NCBI GenBank assembly: GCA_044892505.1
Contig: CM097883.1
Span: 134,540,001-134,604,000, forward strand
Direction of reading: 5' to 3'
DNA: 64,000 nucleotides
DNA from: Schmidtea nova
Lineage: Eukaryota
Part shown: piece by piece, positions 52,174 to 60,900 of the stretch
How positions within the stretch are numbered: the stretch's first letter is position 1
Layout of the letters: the number at the start of each line of letters is the position of its first letter
Program-made: the position numbers and the translations under genes
Notes under the pieces: model-generated
What the model was told of the DNA's origin: nothing
The model's database searches: none
What the model saw: only the letters and a program-made list of their open reading frames with translations

Positions 52174-53963
52174 GAAAATTTAAGAATAATTTGAAAAATG
52201 ATAATTGAGGAATTATCATACTATTGAATTGAAAAGTATTTTAAATTTGTGTAATTTTAAAAAGTATTGACTGAATTAAAAGGTGCCTCATAAATATGGA
52301 ATATTTGTTTAATTAATATTGTATCATAATTATCTTTTTGTTTCACCTTTGATTTTTTTAAATATTAATATCAATAATTCCCATAATGGTAAGATTAGAT
52401 CAAATTTTTTTGATTTATAGTTATATTGTTATTAATATTAATAACATTGATTATAAAAAACTCAGCAATTTTTGTATTTATGTAAAATAAAATTTATTAT
52501 TGAATTAAATAATGTAGATGCACAAATTTTAAATACAGTCAAATCTCTAACAGTACGATAGATACGGTCTCAGAAAAGGCCATGTAGAAGGAAATCGTGT
52601 TGTAAGAGGTATAAATTTTATAGGAAATATGTAGAATCGGTTGTAAATAAGAAGCAGTACGTTTACTGTTTAAACAAAATCCTAATTGGTCGATATTCAA
52701 AATATAATCAGAATTATATATTGAACAAATTTCTATTTAAATTTAACATAATCCAGGTAAAAAAGAATAATAATTTGTAAATTAAATGAAATTAAATTCA
52801 AGTTAATATTCACTGATTTTCATTGTAAAATAAAAATAATTGTTGTGATCCGTTTTGTTCTATGACTGAAAACAAACTAAAATGTGCATCACAAACGATC
52901 GAAAACAATAACGTCTCGTAAAAAGTAAATTTGTTTGCTAAATTAGGAATTCATGTTACGATTTATAAAAATCGCGTTGTAAGAAAAAGAATTTGCGTTA
53001 AAAGTAATATTTCAGCATTCTTTTAACCACACTTTAGTGAAAACGCGCTACAAGTGTGATGCGTTATATGAGTGTTTACTGTACGACAGAAACTAATATA
53101 GAGAAGAATCTGTTTAAACAAAATTCTATACATTTTAACTTCCAAAATATCCATATCGTAAATTAAAATAGACAAAATTATTTATATTTTTATGACATTT
53201 GTGGGGCTCTGATATTCGGCAGCTCATTTGCGTTAAACTGAATTAGGTACAAAATTAAATTGAAACTAGTGTATAAAATATTATTTATTGAGTAAAATTG
53301 CTTCTTCTTTTTAATAATTGTGTGAAAACTTCTGGGTTTGCGTTGTGCTTCAACAGTAGCTGATTGCATATCTTTATTTGAATCCATCTTCTTAACATGC
53401 ATATTTTTTTCTAATTCGAAATTCTGCAAATGCCTTATGTTATTAAAACAACTGCAATTTTTTGATGNNNNNNNNNNNNNNNNNNNNNNNNNNNNNNNNN
53501 NNNNNNNNNNNNNNNNNNNNNNNNNNNNNNNNNNNNNNNNNNNNNNNNNNNNNNNNNNNNNNNNNNNNNNNNNNNNNNNNNNNNNNNNNNNNNNNNNNNN
53601 NNNNNNNNNNNNNNNNNNNNTTTTACTTATACTTTATTCAAAGATTCTTTTTTTTCCTATAATATGTTTCATCGTCATTTTCTTTGTTATCATTAAATTT
53701 AGATGAACCGTCTGTCATCCATTTCTCTTTGTAATGCCGTTACACAGTCTTATCAAAATCCTAGAAGACCCGATCATAATCCATGACATTAAAATCTAAT
53801 TATATTTTAAAAAAGAAAATACAACTAATTTTTATTGTTTCACTGTTTTGAATATTAATCTACATAAATTAGTTATTGTGAAAATTTTATAAAATGTTTT
53901 TCAAACAAAAGAAATAATTGCCTATTGTATTATATTATACACTGATTACTATTTGTATATGCT

Positions 53964-54009
<46 letters not shown>

Positions 54010-57000
54010 TAAATATACCCACGTTTTATAATGGTGACAAATAAGGGATTTCATAATCTTGACTGACCACCTTCAAGTAGCACCCCGACAACATTACCAT
54101 TTACTGATGAGCATGATAAAGATAAAATCTACGACGTTGAATCAAATCTATAATTCCAAATATTACATCACAGTTTTTTATTTTTTATTCATTATTAGAA
54201 TTGAATTCGTTGAGCATTACTAGCAACCATGAAGAATCTAACATTATGGGAAAGTTAGGGTTTAATGAAGATAACGCAAAGTTATCACCGAATAATTTTC
54301 ATCTACTCAATAGCTATTTTGATAAAATGTAAAAATACAATATAATGAATCGAGTACCAATCTGTAAACTGGTCAGTTTGCACATATTGTTATTGATCAA
54401 TATGAATAATTTAATTTAAGTGACAAATGACTCTGTAGAAAAACAATCAATTTAATATAATTCGGATAAAAATAACATATTCAACACTGACATTGATGGT
54501 ATCTTTGACAGCCTAGGCCGTCGATTTTGATTGATTGTGCTGGGATTCGGAATTGTTTGCACGTTACACATATTGTATTTCGGATTCGATGGTTTTCGGT
54601 TGAATTCTTTACTGATTTCACTTTGTATAAACGATTGCGGATTCTGATTATCGTCCATTAGACCGACATCGGAAAATTCATTAACCTGACTCTAATTGCA
54701 GCCACTGAAAATCGAAAACTCATTAGGAATGTTTAAAAATGAGAAATATTGGGGATTGTTTTGAAATTGTTGGAGTAAATGAGTATTTGCTATTCCAGTC
54801 GGAGTACATAACTGAGATGAATATGAAAGAATTTCCGTATTCAATGACTGATGATTGTTACTGACACAATCCGATAGTTTATAAGTATTCGATTCAGATA
54901 GCTTCTTTTCACTCGGTATTTCCACAGATCTCTGATTCGTCACAACGTTTGGATTTGAAAGTATTTCATTTGACTTCTTTTTTGATTTTGATTTGAATAT
55001 CGTGAATTCTTCTTGGAGTATGTTTGGATTTTTTTAAGTAAAAGAGGAGCGTTTTCTGATTATTTAAAACAAAAAGGAAAAATGTTTATTTAATATCACA
55101 CTAAATTAATAATTTAATTATTAAATTAATGTCATAATTAAATCCGAGGCACTACAAAAACATATTTAGAAAAAAATTCGCAAAAGGAAGAATCACAAAA
55201 TAACAAGGATGAAGATACAAAAATAAATTCATATTGCACTCTTACAGCTTCTAAACTTTTTTACAATAATAAATCGCAACAAACACAAGACACTGGAGAT
55301 TATGAAGATGGGGGCGCAAGTACTCAGTAGTTTTCAATCTAATAATAACTACAGAAAATGAAACAGAAATACTAAATGTAATTCCGGACGTTCTGGACGT
55401 CAAAGATATTGCTTATTTAAGATTTAGTAATAATCTTCCAATAATATAGAATCAACTTCGCACATGAATGATTACTCGTGGATCCCGCATATTTCAAAAC
55501 GAATCCAGTCTAAATGCGGTAGCAACATCAGATATACGCTGATCCAAAAATCTTGAAGAAAGAACCGAAATTAACCGATCTTGGTTTTTATATTCATCAA
55601 AAAATAAGGCAGCGTACTGTTTTTGTTGCTTACTATTTAATCCATCAAGATCCGTCACACAATCATCTCTCATATCAACATCTGGTTTCCATAAATGGAG
55701 GAAAAAAGATAAATTGATTAGCCATGGAAGAAGTCCAAAACATTGGCAATCATTTACTACTTGTAGAGACAGAAAGAAGATTAATTAATAAAACGGTAAT
55801 TGATGTATCATTAGAAGCAAATATACAGTCCAAAACAGAACGATGGCGAAATATATTGCGACGACTATTAGCTTGTATGAAGAACGACATTATACAAAAT
55901 CTTTCTCTACGTGGTCATGTAAAAAATCAAGCGCTTGAAGAAGGAACAAATGTCGGAAATCTATTATCTTCACTTAAGCTTTGATCACTCAGTTTGATCC
56001 ACTACTAGCAAATCATCTTAAAAATACTATGGAAACTTCAAAAACTGCCTCATACCTTTCACCACAAATTCAAAATGAATTTATTCATCTTCTGGCATCT
56101 ACGCTTCGAAGTCAACTAATAAATGACATAAAAAGAAATAAATATAATGGACTTTTATTTGATTCGACTCCTGATATCGCTCATCGAGAACAAATGTCGC
56201 AAGTCTTTAGGTATGTAGATATTGACTATATCACCAGAAAAGTTTCTATTAAAGAATCTTTTTTTGGGGATTTATTGAAATACATACTAAAGATGAAAGC
56301 TCAATTAAAAGAAACAATTTTAGAAAAATTAAATCCCGTTCAAATTTTATTAACAAATTGTAGATCACAATGTGATGATAATGCTGCTGTGATTTCAGGG
56401 CGCATATCTGGCGTTCAACAAAGAATTATAGAAAAAAAGATAATAAAGCATTATTTGTAAATTGTGATAACCACTCATTAAATTTATTAGGAGTAACTGC
56501 AGCTAAGCAAGATCCAATCGTTGTAACATGTTTTGGAACAATTGAAAACACACACACACACATATATATATATATCTTTTTCTCACGTTCAACATTACGA
56601 TGGGAATTATTAAAAAATACTTTAAAGAAAACTGTTAAATGTGAATCTGAAACCCGGTGGAGCTCCAGAGCACAAGCGGTTAGCGTTATTGTCAATGGAT
56701 TAGAATTAGTAGGATTATTAGAAAAATTAGGAGAGGACAGTACTACCACAAGTGACACCAGAAGTGAAGCTAGAAGGAGAATTGATCGTGTGCATCTCAG
56801 ATTACAAGATCCTAAAATGAATTTTAGAGAAACGTTCCGTGATCTTGAATCATTAGCGACTGAACTTGCAGAAATTCGAGATGAGATATGTGCAGAAGCA
56901 ATAGAAAACGCTAAGACTCTTTGGGAAAAATGAAGTATTGATGCAACAATACATGCCTTTCTGTAGAGAATGAAATTTCTCGCGTTATGATAAGTGTTCC

Positions 57001-57918
57001 TGATCGTCTTCAGCAGGAAATAAGTACACGATTTGCACGACTAAGTGATCTTAATTTTAAATTTGGTTTTTTGCTGGACATTGAAAATTTATTAGACAAG
57101 GATAATGTTGATAACGATCTTGAAAAGAATTGTTCAAGTTTGGGTGAATTTTATAATACAGATTTTAATGGTACAGAATTCTATGTCGAAATATGTGATT
57201 GCAAAATTTTAATCCACAGTAGAAAAGAAATAGAACCATAAATTCCATTAGAACTTCTTACGTCTATAATCTCGTATGGAGATGTTTTCCAAACCTGAGA
57301 GTAGCACTACAAATACTTCTTACTATTTTGGTATCAATTGCTACCCATGAACGTTCGTTCAGCAAATTAAAATTAATTTTGACACATCTAAGATCAAATA
57401 TGGGACAAGACCGTCTAAGTGACCTAGAATTTTAAAGTGTTGAAAGAGAAAAAGTTGAAATAATTGACTTTGATGAAGTAATTGATAAATTTGCTTCATC
57501 AAAGGCATGAACAATGTATAAATAGTAATTAATTGTAATATATATTGTGGGGCTCTGTATCTCTCTACCCCGTTCTGTATTTGTCTTAATCGGATAAAAG
57601 ATAAAATAAACACTAATAGAATATTTATTTTGAAGTAAAATTGCTTGTTCTTTTTAGTATCCGTGAGAGAACTTCTGGGTTTGTGTAGTGCTTTAACAGT
57701 AGCAGGTTGCAAATCTATATCTGAATACATTTTCTTAAAGTGCTTTATTTTCTTCTACTTTGAAATGCTGCAAGTCCTTTTTTCTTACTCTAATTTTAAA
57801 TTCTGCTTTGAAATGCTTCATGTGCTTTTTTTCCTCTAATTTTAAATTCTGCTGGTTTTATTTGGTTATTTAAAAAACTCTGCTTGTTTGTCTTATATAT
57901 AAGCATATGTTTAATTTA

Positions 57919-57963
<45 letters not shown>

Positions 57964-60900
57964 ACAACAAACATGGCACTAAAATAATTAAAAACAAACG
58001 CCAATCCAAATATATATTCTGCACAATATATTTCGAGAACTTAATTCTCTTCATCAGGTGCTACTCAATCTTCCATTAAAATATAAATCAAATAAATCGA
58101 TTTTTTCAAACAAACTAATATTAATTTTTAAAATAAAATGTATTTTTATAAATTTTATAAAATAGTCAAAAAATTTAAAACGATCAAAGATTTTTCAATT
58201 TAAATAAATTAATCTTAAAAATATAATATTATCTTTTTAGAAAAAGATTTTTTTAAGAATATTTTATATAATATTTTCATATTTATAAACAACAGAATGA
58301 TTGAAAACAAAATCCATAATCCCCAATTGAAAATGCTCTAATACTCGAGTACAGAAAAGACGGTCAGTCTTGTCCAAAGTACGTGGCATTTCGCCCATGA
58401 CATTTGAAAAGTTAAACGAGTATAGAACACAAATCGAAAGAAGAAAATAAACATCATCAACAACCACATCAGTTAATTTACGTAAACTGCAAAAAATAAC
58501 ACACGCAGTCAAAACTCTCACACTCACATATTCACAAACATCGATATGACTGAAAACAACACTAAATTCCATTAATTAACTCTGCTCTGAAACTCGAATA
58601 CAAAGAAGACGGGCAGTCTTTTCCAATGTATGTTGCATTTCATCCATGATGTTTGAAAATATAAACGAGAACAGAGCCAAGAGCAATACAGAAAACTTAG
58701 AATCGCCAACAATCACACCAATTAATTCATAAATAATAGAATAAGAAAAGGAATCAGCACAAATGTAAACCTCATCATTAAATCGAAATACTAATTTGAC
58801 GATATATAACTCTATACATTTAAGAATTATAAAAATAAAATAAAGACTTTTTCCTAGACAAAATTTCAAAGAATACCGGAACAACTGAAGGATAATTATT
58901 TTTCTTCAATACATAACACAACAAAATTTAGAAGCGCAGAGAGTGAAAATAAATTTAATCAGTGTGAATGGGCCGATAGTCAAAGAATTCTATGCTTGGT
59001 CGGTAGAGATTGTAACAAGTGAATTGCGAATGGTTGATTTGAAAAAAAGCAAATCAGAACTGGGACTATTTAAGACAAATCTGATTTGCAACAGCTGGAA
59101 CTATATTATTAGTGAATGCTCTTGTTGGAACGGACTACGCGGATCTACAAAGAGCAAGAAATATGTTGACGTGAAAGAGAACCTATAGCCAGATTAACTG
59201 CATTGGGATGAACCTGCATTTGGAAAGAACAATCAGGTATTCCGTGCAACAGGCAGACTCACTTCATTCAATCTTAATTTACAACAAATGAAGTGTTCCA
59301 ACAACAGCTCCAAGAATTCTGGGAAGTTGACAATATTGGAATAGAAAAAGTTACGATGTCACTAAATGACTACAAATTGATTGATCAAACTAGAAAAGAA
59401 ATGATAAAAACCTACAACAGATTTCAGGTATCAGTAACATGGCGAGGAAGTCCAGAAATGTTGCCAAACAATCGAACTTTGGCTGAAAAAAGACTTCTAA
59501 GCCTGGAGAAGAGATTGCAGAAAGATGGATTGGTCAGAGTATGATGAAATCATTTCGGATTACGTACAAAAGGGTTATGTTAAAAAAGTGGATGAATCAA
59601 TGGGCAAAACAAGGTGATTATTGCCACACTTTCCAGTGGTTTGGCGTGAAAAAGAAACTACAAAGGTAAGACTAGTTTTCGATGCTTCGGAAAAGTGTAA
59701 TGGAATATCACTAAACGACATTATTGAGGTCGAACTGAAGCTTCAAGGAGATTTATTTAAAATTTTAATACGTTTTCGAAAATTTAACGTAGCTTTAGTA
59801 TGCAACATCGCAGAGATGCATTTACAATTTTGTATGCTGGAAAACAATCAAAAATATTTTCGCTTTCTATGGAAGGAAGACAATGAAATAGAGGAATATA
59901 AATTTACAAGAGTGTTGTTTGAGGTAAATGCTTCGCCTTTTCTGGCTCAATTCGTTTCACAAGAAAATGTAAGAGAATTTGAAGGTGAATTTCCAATAGC
60001 TGCCAAAATGATCATTGAGTCTACATATATGGACGATAGTAGAGATTCTGTAGATAATGAAGTAGAAGCTTTAGAGTTAAAAGAGAGATTGTGTAACATT
60101 TGGCAGCTGCGAGAATGATTACAAGAAAGTGGATGACTAATTCACGAGAACTGGCAGAAAAGATACCAATTAAAGAGCAAAAGCAATGTTTATTGCTTGA
60201 CGAAAGTTCAGTTTTAGTGGTGAAAAAACTAGGACTAATGATAAGCTAGCGGCGATAAGTTTGGATTTTGTGTAGAAATGCCCAAAATAGTATGTTGTGT
60301 AAATGTTTTTGNNNNNNNNNNNNNNNNNNNNNNNNNNNNNNNNNNNNNNNNNNNNNNNNNNNNNNNNNNNNNNNNNNNNNNNNNNNNNNNNNNNNNNNNN
60401 NNNNNNNNNNNNNNNNNNNNNNNNNNNNNNNNNNNNNNNNNTAATGGCAAAAACATTTACACAACATACTATTTTGGGCATTTCCACACAAGATAAATTT
60501 AATCAGTGTGAATGGGCCGATGGTCAAAGAATTCCATGCTTGGTCGGTAGAGATTGTAACAAGTGAATTGCGAATGGTTGATTTGAAAAAAAGCAAATCA
60601 GAACAGGGACTATATATATATATATATATAAAATTCTTATAAACATATCTATTATACATTTAAATAGAAATTATGTAAAGCATTTAAAGACCTTGAGTTT
60701 ATATACTTTAATCACATTAATTTAGTTGATCCTACAAATGTAGAACCAATTTTCTACTTTTTTATGGATACCATATCTTTTTTGCGCGTGTTTTCGGGGA
60801 ACTTATCTATTGTTTAAAAACAGAATTAAGTGTACATACTTTTTATAATAAAAACACATTAAAAACAATGAATCAAGGATCTTTCAAAATTTAAGAACTA

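Noticed and set aside
53215-53260. TTCGGCAGC(T)CAT similarity to the U6 snRNA 5' region
   Set aside because: The match is short and lacks the ACAGAGA box.
54100-54130. Other CTGATGA hits (e.g. ~54102, ~30667, ~51311)
   Set aside because: No stem II followed by GAAA, so not hammerheads.
60493-60612. 120-bp near-copy of BEL sequence 58950-59070 after a gap
   Set aside because: About 3 mismatches, next to a gap and (TA)n; could be another BEL fragment or an allelic contig end, so not interpretable.
10617-60659. ORF-track entries containing long X runs
   Set aside because: They are open only because they cross N gaps.
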